Source: Diadema antillarum (taxonomy: Eukaryota). Taken from it: 64,000 bases of DNA. The stretch spans positions 1,860,001 to 1,924,000 of the forward strand of contig NW_027270954.1 in assembly GCF_040938485.1 (NCBI RefSeq), read 5' to 3'. Each line of letters opens with the position of its first letter. The stretch's first letter is position 1. Positions 13,011 to 25,900 of this stretch are shown here, one piece after another. The notes under the pieces were generated by a model, which was not told where the DNA came from, did not search any database, and saw nothing but the letters and a program-made list of their open reading frames with translations. The position numbers and the translations under genes are program-made.

Positions 13011-13948
13011 TCCATACGTAAAGTATAAAATATGTAAACTTCCCATGACATTAGTATCCAATACTGAATACAAAAATAACGTATTTCAGTATAATGTTTA
13101 TAATGATACTATATAATATCAAGTGTGCACCAGATCGCACAATTTCACATCCCAAAATATGTGTACATTGTAAAGGTAATGTAGGAAAAAAAAACTTTGA
13201 AAACAACGTATGCTTATGATACGTGTCACTAGCAATGTATGTATACGTGTTTAATATGTACAGTGTATATGAAAATGTACATGATGACACAGAAAACAAT
13301 AATCAAATAAAAAAAGAAAATCTCGCAGGTTACATTGAGTGTCAAAACGCACCCCCTTGAAAAAAAAAAGCTGGTGACGCCCCTGAAATCAGACAGACAG
13401 ATATCGAATTGCATTTATAACATTACCTTCATTACTGACTACTATCGGACATTGATAACAACTATTACATTGTTATTCTATTTTTCAAAATGGCATGTTC
13501 TTCGAACGGTTTGCAAGCCAAGTGTATCTTTACAAAAGAAGATAAGTGTGATTAAGTTTCTTTATTCGCTTTCATTGTATGTCCTTAACGCTAACAACCT
13601 AATAACCCTGGATTCTTTGGCTATGCTGTGGGGGATTGGGTTGCTTGTGAGCAAATAGAAATGTGATCGAGGTCATATTATTCTGTTATGTTAGCCGTTG
13701 GTCATAAAAATTAATCTCCTCTAACTCTGTTGACTCGTAATTGGGTCAATAATATGACAGGTCACAGTTATGTCTATGCACAGAGCTGTCAGTGTCAAGT
13801 AATGACTTAGCAGAGTTCTGCGGAATTCTCAAGCAGAAAACGACCTTTGTCCTCCTGTGGTCTTGCAGGACTACGATCATGACGATAGCCCGACACATCG
13901 GGTTATCAAAAGCGTGAAGTGCGGAGAACAGTAAATTCAACAGCTGAA

Positions 13949-16900
13949 ATGGCTTCAGCAGCAACCACGGGAGAATTGGCCGAAAGGCGTTTGCGTGGTA
14001 AGTCACTTTGTACTGGCTACTATCACAGCAAATAAGTAGTGTATAATTATGAATACTAATTCAGGCTAAGATTTGTAATAGCTGAATTCTTTGACGGCAT
14101 AAATAAGAAAAATCATACTTCATGTGTGTAGGGGCTTACAGTCAGTCCGCAGCGGGTGCGATAATGAGGCACGAACGACAATTTTATTCAGAATCACGTT
14201 TGCGCAGTTTGTGCCCGTGAGACTGACGAGATTTCGCGATACTTTGCGAGAGTTTTTGCAGAGGTCGCAACAGCAGCTTTCATAGCTTTCGCAGTGCATT
14301 GTTTGACCCAGGATGGTTGGGTAGTAGTCCATGGGCCAGGCCAGATATTGGTACCATCTGAGGTGGCACAACCTTTTTGGTGTCATTTTGTTTGTCGGGC
14401 ATAGATATGCTTATCAAGCTATGATAGCATTTCCAAATGGGTAGCTTAGTCATCGTAAATGAATTTTTAACCAATTTGGTCTCGTTGTTATATCCCTATA
14501 CTTCTGAATCGAAACTAACCGCTACATAAAGAAGAGCGCTGTCTTCTGTATGTTCCATAGAGCTGTAAAATGCAGCTCTATGGTATGTTCACAGGTGTTC
14601 TATTGTAAACGCGGTGCGCTTAGTCTTTATTCAAGGCAGCGAAGGGAATATCCAAAGGTTATGATGTCCACAGCGCTTAGTCTTTATTCTAGACGGCGAA
14701 GGGAATATCAAAAGCGTATGATACAGTGTATATCCTTTTATCTAAAAACAACAACAACAACAAAAGCAATTCTTCGTGAATTTTACCGTATCTTTCAATT
14801 ATTTATCATTTTCCGGCGAAAACGCTACGGTGAAAACGCTGATACCACGCCAATGTCGCTTTATTTCCCTCCAACAATATAAGATAATGCAAAAACAATG
14901 TACCGGTACACTACGATACATTATAATGAATGATATTGTAAATGAACAAAGTGATTTTTGTTTAAAACTGATGTATTTGTTGATAGGGTAGTATAAAAAC
15001 AGTATAGATAATCCCTTTTACGAGGAACTTTAGATATGATAACGGTACATTGGTCTAAATAAAGACTAGGCGCACCGCGTGACAGCTGTGGACATCATAA
15101 CCCTTTGGATATTCCCTTCGCTGCCTTGAATAAAGACTAAGCGCACCGCGTTTACAACAGAACACCTGTGGACTTACAGAAGGCAGTGCTCTTCTTTGTA
15201 TAGCGGTTTAGTTTCGATTCAGAAGTATAGGGATATAAAAACGAGACCAAATTGGTTAAAAATTCATTTATTATGACTAAGCTACTCATTTGGAAATGCT
15301 ATCATAGCTTGATAAGCATATCTATGCCCGACAAACAAACTGACACCAAAAAGGTTGTGCCACCTCAGATGGTACCAACAACCCATTTTTCGGGTCTTGG
15401 CCCATGGACTATAGGTTATAGAGCTGATTATGCTCATTAATTTGATACCTAATTTCCCTATTTTTGATCTCAATATAGTAGTCCATTTTAGCATCAAAGT
15501 AAACGATTATATTGCCAGTGTCCAAGAAGCTTTTAGATCATAGTTTGATGTTTTGCTAGTTCCTAACTGGTATTGAAAGTAGATCTCCGTAATTTCTTCG
15601 ATTTCACAATCGTGAAACTTGAGCGAGTATGATCAAGTAAAAAACGAAGAGGGGCACCATTTTTAAAGGCCGTGTCACACCATAACGCGGGCTTGTGGCG
15701 AGGAGGTAGTTTCCAGCACGTAGAAGATTTTCAGCGGGCGAACAAGAATGTTTGCAATTTTCATTCATGCCTTGTCATACCGTAAGGGGGAACTTCTGCG
15801 GCTTGACTTGCGGGGAAACAAATTTACTCCAAGGAGCTCTCCGCAGTTGGTCCGCACCTGACAGTATCTAGCGCGTAGTTGCCCGGAGGTGCTCACGCAA
15901 GTCCGATTTAACCGCAGCCAAGTTTTGAGCATGACCAAAACTTGTTCCGGGTGAGTCGCGGGAATGCCCGTAGAGATCCACGCAGAACGCCAGTAGGAGA
16001 CCCTTAGCGGCAGTACTTCCCAGGCAATTCCCACGCAGGTACTTCGCAGTCCCGTATGCAGCCAAGATAATGAAATTCTGTGAGATTTCAGCCATTCCAT
16101 TAGAGGAATTCCTTCACTAAGTTGTCAGCCCCCACGCGACTGGTACAAAGGTCACAAAGTATACTCGCAAGTATAACGCGTCCATACCCCGCAAGTAAGA
16201 CACATGCGCTGACTCGAACAAATCCTTTTCCGCCCTCAGGAATGTCCGGTATGCTAGAAAATCCCTACACGTAACAAGCCCGAGTAGCTTGCCCGGAAAG
16301 GTGTGACAGGGCCTAAACACGGTTGCGGGTAAAAAAATATGCGTGCGCACCTCCGGGCGACTACTTTTGAGATACTAGGTGTTTCAAAAAACATTTCCCA
16401 CTTTTGATTCTTAATAATTCAAAAACTATATATCAGATAACACTGTCATTGATATGAGTGATAGCTGAATAGTGTACAATTTGGTTGACGGTGGTTTGAA
16501 TATGAAAGCATAAATAAGTTTCATGAAATTCATGATTAATTTCACAGTTAGGTTCCAGACTTTGCTCTATTTTCAACCCTCTGTACAAAATTTCACTTTG
16601 CACAGGGGTCAATGGGTGTGTATGGGAGTGTGTGGTTAACACCCTGACAATGGTCCTGAACAATGGCCAGAGTTTGAATGCTTCATTATTCATTCGTGAG
16701 AAATTCCACTATCACAGCTAGTCTTTATTCAGCCTCTGGCAGTATCTGTGTAAAGTCAAACGCCTGTCGATACTGTCGTTGAGTCGCGTCAGTGCTCTCC
16801 CTACTTCTGAAAAACAAAATTACAATGAATACCTTCTGTTCTATCGTAAACGTGGTGACAGGAAGTAAAGAAAATCGATTAGAGTATATGGAGCCTTAAA

Positions 16901-19900
16901 TAAATCTACTCTGAAACAAATCGCCCAAATGATAAATGCTGCTGAACTCTTTATCAAAAATGATCTCTTTCTATCGAAAAAGCGAAAAATTTGTCAGACT
17001 ATTTAATTAGTAGACAGTTGTATTAAAATGAGGAACTTTAGATCATTTATGCTTATTTATATCCCAAATTTAGTGATATGTGAAGCAAACTTTGAAAACA
17101 ATTGCCAGCTGGAATGAAATGTGGTGTTTGCAAGCATTTTACCGTGCATGAATTCAGACTAGCAGTGCCCAGGGCAATCCACATGAATTATTGATTAAGC
17201 ATTCATGTGCCAGGGAGCCCCAGACTGACGCCTAGTCAACAGGTGGTTCAGGCATGTCCATTGTTCAGGGCCATTGTCAGCACACACTCACATACACATC
17301 ATTGGTTCCTGTGCCAAGTTCAATTTTTGTACAGAGGGTTAAAATTTGACCAAAATCTGAAACCTTACTTCAAAATCAATATTATATTTAATGAAACTGA
17401 TTTATGCTTTCACGTGCAAATCACCTTCAACCAAATTGTACACTATCCAGCTATTACTCATATCAATGACAGTTTTATCGAATGAATAGTTTTTGAAATA
17501 TTTATGATCAAAAGTGGGAAATGTTTTTTGAAACACCTAGTACATGCTAGGTACTGTCATGTGCGGATATCTACGGGGACCTCCGGGTAGTCAAAATTGT
17601 TCTTTGCTAGTCGCACGCAAGGCTGGTGTGACACGGCCTTAAGGTTGTGAATTTTCCTGTTGAAAACAAGGCAAATTATGTTTTCTTACCGGAAGTGGGG
17701 TAGTGAATGAACACGCGTGGAGTGTGTTGTTGATACCCAGACAATGGTCGTGGACAATGACCAGGATTGGAATGCTTCATGAGGAATTCCACTATTGCAG
17801 CTAGTCTTTGTTCACTCTGAAATGTGGTGTGTGCAAGCACATGGAAACATGTGCTTACTTCTTTCATGTGCATGCATTTCACCCTTTGTCAAGAATTCAG
17901 ACTAGCAGTGCTCAGGGCAATCCACATGAATAATTGATAAAGCATTCATGTGACTTGCAGCAGAGTTCGGGACAGGTGGTAGCCAGGTCCGTTGTTCAGG
18001 GTCATTGTAAGTGCACACTCACATAACGTTGATTACACATCATTGGTTCCTGTGTAAAGTTCAAGTTTTGTATAGAGAGTGAAAATTCGATCATAATCTG
18101 GAACCTAACATTTAAAAAAATCATGGATTTCATGAAACTAATATAGGCTTTCATTTTCAAATTACCTTCAACTCAATTGTACACTATTCAGCTATTACTC
18201 ATATCAATGACACTTTTATCTGATAGCCTACATAGTTTTTAAACTCACAGCATTGAGTCAGCAGCCAATGGATACTACGCAATGCGACATGCCGCGTCTT
18301 GCGACAGATTTCGACCAATCACAGACCCGGAATTCCGGTGCGAACGCGAGGATAATCTTTTTAAACTCGACGCTAAGACATGTTTTCTGAATTTTGCTAG
18401 TTCCTGACCCGTACTGAAATGAAGATGAGAAAACGTGCCCTTATTGTGATACTATATACTTTAGCGGACATAGCCTTTACCATATTTTAGATGGGCATGA
18501 AAGATTTCAGGGTTTTTTTGGCGTCAAACGTGAAGGAATATTTTTGAATACAATACCGAACTTCGAGAGAGATTTTGATATTCAAATTCATCTTTTCCGT
18601 TCTATTTTGACCATGAGCATATTTGCTAATGTTTTCTCTTTCAGTCGATATTAAAAGTGTCGAAAACTGACAAGAAATACTTGTTCTACACGGATTTATT
18701 CATGACCATGTATCTGCTCATTACGTATGCAAGCACCGCTCAGCCGTGCATACGACTTGAATAAATTCGTGCGTTTTCGCTCGCGCTGCGGACTGACTGC
18801 TTACATTAATCATATAATATTGTAGGAGCCGTTCCATGCATTTGTTTCATTTGCGCCATCTAGTGTTGAACATAGGAAAAGTCACATGTATGTTGGTTGT
18901 TAGGGAGAGAGGAGAGGTGAGGCGCCAGGGTAAGAAAAGAGCTTCAGAGGTGAAGTGAAGACTGCTGTTAGAGATAGGCAGGAAAAGGGTCATGAAGAGC
19001 AGAAGGTAGAGAACCAGAGGTAGGGGTGGAAACCTACAAGTTTCCTTTAACCTCTCATTGCTTACGTTGTTTTCTTTGCTCATATTGTGTGATATTTGCC
19101 ACTTGGTTTGGATCAAAATAAAAGGAAGGGAATTGTTCATTTGACCGCCAGATGAGATCCAAATCTGTGATTACTATCACTGCGTGTGTCGCATGTGAGT
19201 ACGACAATCAACGGTGTGGTGCACGATGAACAGTGTGTTGGTGCGCAGTACAGCTATTAGGAGGTTTAGGATGCTGTTACATAGCACGGAAGAAACATCG
19301 ATGTCAGTATATGGGAGCGTGTAAGGTGCCTGTAGGCGTGTGGCTGTTTAGTACGGCGAATACCCCCCTACCGTCTGTGACTGTGTGTACGTGAAACGTC
19401 GAGAGTGAAAGGAACAGCTGAAAGGAAGGATGAACATGTGTATTTAATGGTGGACAACATACACAAAGTCACAAGATCACACATAGGACCTCGGCGCGTA
19501 CATTCTTAGTTAAAGGAAACTTTGGTTAGCTGTTCAGCTGCACAGTTCATGACTCGATGAGTTAAAGGGACAGGTCTAGCAGTAGCAGTTATTACGATTT
19601 TGAGTTGGATATTGAGGATCAGAACTGCTAGAAATCTACATTTCAACTCTCAACGAGTCAAGGCATTTATGATGACAGCATAACGTTGGTCACTACCCAC
19701 CCTCGACGGTCTAACAGAGTAACGTTACATTGAGGCGAGTTCAACTGGAGCCAACACAGAGTCAGATGCAACAAATGGAATGACAATGGCAATGGTTTCA
19801 GTGTTTGGATTTGCTAGGTGAATTGCGAGTGTGACTGTGAGTATTTGTACAGGCACTAACAATGTTAGAATACAGTGCAGTGTACATTTTGCCCTGCTGG

Positions 19901-22900
19901 ATAAAGGCAGGCATACGTCTTGTGAAATATTATCGTACTCTATAGAATTAGGTACAGGTACAGCCCTACATACACATGGTAGAACCTACCTAATAAGATG
20001 AGTTCATAAAAGATGAAATAAGCAGTAGAAAACATATTGAGTGAACAAAGCATTCTGTCCAGAGACTGAAATGTGGGACCAAGTCTATGACTCTAAAAGT
20101 CTAATGTCAATGATACCAAGGAGAAGGATATGAGACAGGACTTATGTCTGGATATGGTATTTTGGATCTACTATCTGGTATTTGACTACAAGACCCAAGA
20201 ACTGTACACTCTAGTCAGACGTAGACCTACAGCATATTGTGGAATGGATTGCACATCAACAACAATAGAACCTAAATGAACAAATGAGAAAGATGATTAG
20301 AGAAATGCAAACCAAGGCACATAAATATGGAACAGAATTAGCCTTGAAAGAGGATCGTAGTCATAGAGGCAAGGCTGCGCAATGAGGAACAGCTACTGGG
20401 TTGCACAGGAAGTAGGTAGAAGACAGGATCAGACTTCAAACAAATAGGAAGGAGGAGGACCATCTATGATATAAAGCAAGATCAGAAGAAGGTTCTACCA
20501 GTAGTTGTGAAAGTAAATTGAGAATTTTGCAATACAGATGGGAGAGGTAGCAGATGAAGGATAAGCATCTCGCACATCAGGTCCACATTCAGAGGCAGGA
20601 TCACTAGTAAATAGTAGGAAGGACGTGAGAGGCTCTCTCGTCTAGAACCTATTTGATCTTCACACACTGGTAAGCTTTGTTGGAGATACACAAATGGAGG
20701 AACCAATTCCAAGTTCGAAGTTATTAGATGGTTCACTGCAACCAAGTGTTGTTCTGCAGAGCATGGATCCATGGATGCCAGTAGATTCAGATTTCCCTGG
20801 GACAAATTTAGAGACTGAGGAGTCACACGGAGCAATGCCGCCCCCAACGAAGTGTGATGAGGTACATGCTATGGATAGTGTGTCACAAGCATCAGGTAAT
20901 TCAAAGACCAGCGTGACCAGTGTGCTCATGGAGGCTGCTGGGAGGAAGGCAGAACTGATGGTGAAGTTGGAAGGATTGAAGAGGAGACAGGCCCTCGAAA
21001 GGGAGGAACAAGAACTGCTAAGGAGAAAGGAACAAATGGAAGTTGAAATAGAACTTGCTGCAGCTACTGCAAAGGCAGACGCCATGAAGCAGTTTGAAGG
21101 ACCATTCCCTCGAGCCTTTAATCCCATTCCAGCAACACCAGTGCAAGTTCATAGCCAGACACCAAACCCAATCACAGGCAGTCCTGCAGAAGGAGATTCA
21201 AGAGCAGATGTAAATGCGGCCAGTCACTTGACAGAGGTACAGATGCAGCAAAATCAACTCACACAGCTTCTGTTGGAGTGTCATATGAAGTCATCGTTAC
21301 CACAGAGGAATGTGCAACCCTTTGATGGAAATCCCATGTATTTCCACAGTTTCATGAGGGCATTTGAACATGTAATTGAATCCAAGACTACCGATAACTC
21401 AGACAGGCTGTACTTCTTGGAACAGTACACAAGAGGTGAGGCTAATGAAGTTGTGAGGAGCTGTATGTATGGTGACAACCATCAGCAGGCTTTCATCAAG
21501 GCAAAGGCATTGTTGGGGAAGAAGTTTGGTAATAAGCATCAGGTCCTCGACAGAATGATGAAGAAAGCTGAAGCTTGGCCAAACGTGAAGAATGAGGATG
21601 CTGAAGGATTACAGAGCTACACACTATTTGTGACCGAGCTGAGCAATTTGGCCAAGGACTTGCAGCTTGAACAAGAAATCAATCACACACAGCACATTAA
21701 GATGGTGATATCTAAGCTGCCATTCAAGCTTCGAGACAAATGGAGGTACACTGTCGACACCATACAGGAAGTACATGAAGAACCCCTGACATTTGCTGAT
21801 GTGGTGCGTTTCGTGAGTAGGCAATCACGAATTGTAAACAACCCATTGTATGGTGATATAACAGGAACACCAAAGTCAGGCGAGGGACGTGCTAACCCAT
21901 CCAAGGCTACTCCTTCAAAACCAAGGCAGAGTTTCAGCACTGTTCTAAAGAATGATGAAAGGAAGAAGTGCTTGTATTGTAACAAGGACAATCATCACCT
22001 GACAGACTGCCGAATTTTCACCAAGAAGCCCCATGATCAGAAGGTGCAATTTTGTCGCATGAAGGGTTTATGCTTTGCTTGTCTCCGAGGATCTCATTTC
22101 TCCAAGGACTGTAAAGAAAGGTTGAAATGTGAGCTGTGTCAGAATAATCACCCTACAGTGCTACATAGGAATCCTGCACACTCAGATGAGAGGAAGTCTG
22201 AAGCTCAGAGCCAGGTAGAGAACGCTGAATCTGAAACAACTCAAAGGAAAGAAAGGGAATCTGACACTGGAGTGCAGTCAACAAGGAATGGAGAAGGAAC
22301 ACGAGTTGTGGAGAACCATACTTGCTCGATGACGAATCGTGGAGTAACAATGGATGCACAGCCAGCCATTATTCCTGTGGTGGTGCGATCAAGGGCAACT
22401 GGCAGAGAAGTAAACACATATGCCTTCATTGACAGTGGCAGCAATGGGACATTCTGCACTGAAGCACTGAAGGAAAGGTTGCAGGTTAAAGGAAAGTCAA
22501 GGATGATACATCTGCAAACCATGACTGATGAGAAGGTGGTACGAACACACGTATTACATGATCTGGAAATATGCAACATCAACGGGAAAGATGACTTTTC
22601 CCTTCCTGAGGTCTATACTAGGGCATCTATACCCGTATCCAAGGACGATATCCCGAGAAAGGTCGATTTGGAGAAGTGGTCGTATCTACAGGAAGTAGAA
22701 ATGCCAGAGATAGACGCTGAAGTGGACATATTGATAGGAAACAATGTGCCAAAGGCATTTGAGCCCTTGCGAGTCATCAGCAGCCAAGATGGTGGGCCAT
22801 TCGCGTGTCAATCAAGATTAGGATGGATGGTGTATGGATGTCAGAGGCATGACAATAGGAAGCGACAGTGGATCACCTCGCATAGAGCTCAGGTTAAAGG

Positions 22901-25900
22901 CTTGGATGACATTCAAGAGAAGTTGAGCAGTCTATACAACACAGATTTTACAGAGCTGCTGTCGAATGACAAGGAGGAGATTTCCGTAGAGGACGAGAAA
23001 TTTCTGAGAGATGTAGGAAAGACGATCAGGCTTCGTGATCAGCACTATGAGATAGGACTCCCATTCAGAAGGGAGATAGACTTGCCAAATAACAGGCCTC
23101 TCGCCGAACAGAGACTTGAACATCTGAAAAGGAAGTTCCAAAGACAGCCTGATTTCCATCAGAAATACAAGGAGTGCATGGAGACAACAATTCAGAGCAG
23201 ATACGCTGAAAAGATAGGAGAGCAGGAGTTGACAGGGACAAAGGGAAAAGTCTGGTACCTGCCACATCACGGAGTCCTGCACCCACAGAAAGGCAAACTG
23301 AGGGTAGTGTACGACTGCTCAGCGCAATATCATGGAGCGTCCCTAAACCACGAACTCCTAAAGGGGCCGGATTTGACCAACAGTCTATTCGGAGTGCTGA
23401 CAAGATTCAGACTGGGAGAGGTAGCCATCATGGCTGACATAGAGGCAATGTTTTCTCAGGTCCTAGTGCCCAGGGTAGATAGAGATTTCCTGAGATTTTT
23501 GTGGTGGAAGGATGGGGACTTTCAACAGCCGCTGATCGAGTATCGTATGTGCGTACATGTGTTTGGCGCTATTTCTTCTCCATCATGCGCAAACTACGCA
23601 TTGCAGAGAACGGCGGATGAGCATGTGAAGTCATCATTTAGGGATGTAGTAGAAATCATTCACCGTAATTTCTACGTCGATGATTGCTTGTATTCTACCG
23701 ATTCAGTGGAAAAGGCAATTGAGACGACAGAAGAGCTGACAAAGACGTGTCAAAAGGGGGGATTTCACTTAACAAAGTGGAACAGCAACAAGAGAGAAGT
23801 CCTGGAGCAGATCCCAGCTGAGGAGAGAGCGAAGGTTGTCAAGGATTTCAATTTTGAGGAAGGAGGAATGCCAACCGAGAGAGCACTTGGCATGTTATGG
23901 CACACAGAAGATGATGCTTTTGGATTCAAAATCCAGATGAAAGAACGACCACCTACTAGAAGAGGAATTCTCTCCACAGTTTGTGCTCTGTTTGACCCCA
24001 TTGGATGTGTGTCTCCAGTCACATTGCAAGCAAAGCAGCTTCTACAGACATTGTGTCGGCTGGGACTAGGGTGGGATGAACCTATCCCATCAGAGTTGCT
24101 GAGGAAATGGCAAACATGGCAACGGGAACTCCCACATCTGTCAGAATTCAAGATGCCTAGATGTCTAATGCCGGGGCCTTTCAGGGCAGCGAAGTCAATC
24201 ACCCTCCACCACTTTGCCGACGCCAGCGAGAAAGGTTATGGCACTGTATCATACATCAGGACAGTGAACGACCAGGGCGAAGTGAAATGCAGCTTCCTGA
24301 TGAGCAAGGCAAGAGTAGCCCCTTTGAAGCAGATTTCCATCCCTCGAATGGAGCTAACAGCTGCGACAGTAGCAGTGCGAATCAATCGGCTGGTAAAGGA
24401 GGAGCTTGGTGTACATGTACCTGTGGATGACACATATTTTTGGACTGATAGCATGACAGTGCTCAGGTACATCAGAAGTGAGACAGCACGGTTCAAAACC
24501 TTTGTGGCAAACAGGATCGCCGTAATTAAAGATGGATCGCGAGTGAACCAATGGCGACATGTCGAATCTGCACTCAATCCAGCTGATCTGTGCTCTAGAG
24601 GATGCAGAGTTGCACCATTCCTCAACATGAAACTGTGGAAGGAAGGTCCAGACTTTCTTCATGCAGATGAAAGCATGTGGCCAGCGCAACCAGAGAACTT
24701 GGTCATGGCAAGTACAGACGACCCAGAGCTGAAAAGGAAGATTTTGGCTTGTGATGTTGAATGTGACGAGCCATGCCTGAGGGAGACAAAGAGTACCTTT
24801 GTGACAAATGCAAAGGAACGTGATGAAACACTTGACCCTGTTGGAAGGCTGTTGTCTCACTACTCAGACTGGACGAGTATGAGGAAGGCAGTGGCATGGA
24901 TGCTGAAATTGAAAGAAATGCTGAAAATGAAAAAGAGGGGTCAGAGGGATGACACGGGTGAAGCTACAAAGCTGACTACGAAGGATATGGAAAATGCTGA
25001 GGAGGCTATTTTCCGCTACGTCCAAGGGCAAGCATTTGCTCCAGAAATTGCAACACTGAGAGGAGAAGAGTCAAAGGTCAATGGGAAAAGAAATGGAGTA
25101 AAGAAGTCAAGCTCCATTTACAAGCTTGATCCTACACTTGACAATGGCCTGCTCAGAGTCGGAGGAAGATTGAGTAAGGCAGCCTTGCCTATGGAGGCAA
25201 AACACCCATTGATTCTGCCAAAGGGTCACCATGTGTCGGAACTCATCCTGAGAAACATTCATGTGAACTCTGGACATTGTGGGAGGAATTACATTCTCTC
25301 CAATTTGCAGCAGAGGTACTACATGCCTGGTGCCAATTCAGCTGTGAGGAAAATGTTGCGAAGATGTGTCATGTGCAGACGACGCAGAGGGCAGCTGATG
25401 CAGCAAAAAATGGCAGATCTTCCAAAAGACAGAGTGATGCCAGACAAACCACCGTTTACACATGTTGGTGTGGACTATTTCGGACCAGTGGAGGTGAAGA
25501 GGGGACGCAGTATGGTAAAGAGATATGGAGTGATGTTTACTTGCCTTACCATACGTGCTGTACACATTGAAAAGGCAGACTCGTTAGACACAGACTCATG
25601 TATTGCTGCCATAAGACGTTTCCAGGCACGCAGAGGAGCGATCAAGGAGATGAGATCTGACAATGGGACCAATTTTGTCGGCGCTGAGAGAGAACTCAGG
25701 CAGGCAATCGAGAGCTGGAACTTGGACCAGCTTAATAATGCGCTGTTACAGAGAAACATCCAATGGACCTTCAATCCACCTGGTGGATCTCATCATGGGG
25801 GAGTCTGGGAGAGACAGATTAGGACGGTTAGGCAGCTTCTTTTCTCCCTGACGAAGCAGCAAGTCATGAGTGACGAGAGCTTGCAGACGCTATTCTGTGA

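Larger units (their letters stand above)
9933..13385. mobile_element. Possible TIR-bounded element enclosing the tandem arrays
   Basis: catggacgtcaccagc versus the reverse complement of gctggtgacgcccctg (14/16 match), subterminal ggggtgcg on both sides, and AAATC on both flanks. Confidence 0.4.
14139..18799 (+). mobile_element. Non-autonomous TIR DNA transposon (CAGTCAG family, copy 1), expanded by nested insertions
   Basis: Perfect 16-bp TIR CAGTCAGTCCGCAGCG and 4-bp TSD CTTA. Colinear with copy 2 once the two insertions are removed. Confidence 0.88.

Noticed and set aside
14120-18000. ORFs repeated between 14120-17882 and 38249-38927 as a possible transposase or gene family
   Set aside because: They are chance ORFs in duplicated MITE sequence, with no DDE or other catalytic motif.
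18847-19140. 97-aa ORF duplicated at 29048-29341
   Set aside because: It is antisense within the LTRs, duplicated only because the LTRs are, and has no recognisable motif.
19503-19530. tRNA primer-binding site
   Set aside because: The sequence after the LTR (ttcttagttaaaggaaactttgg) lacks an adjacent TGG, and I cannot match it to a tRNA without a search.
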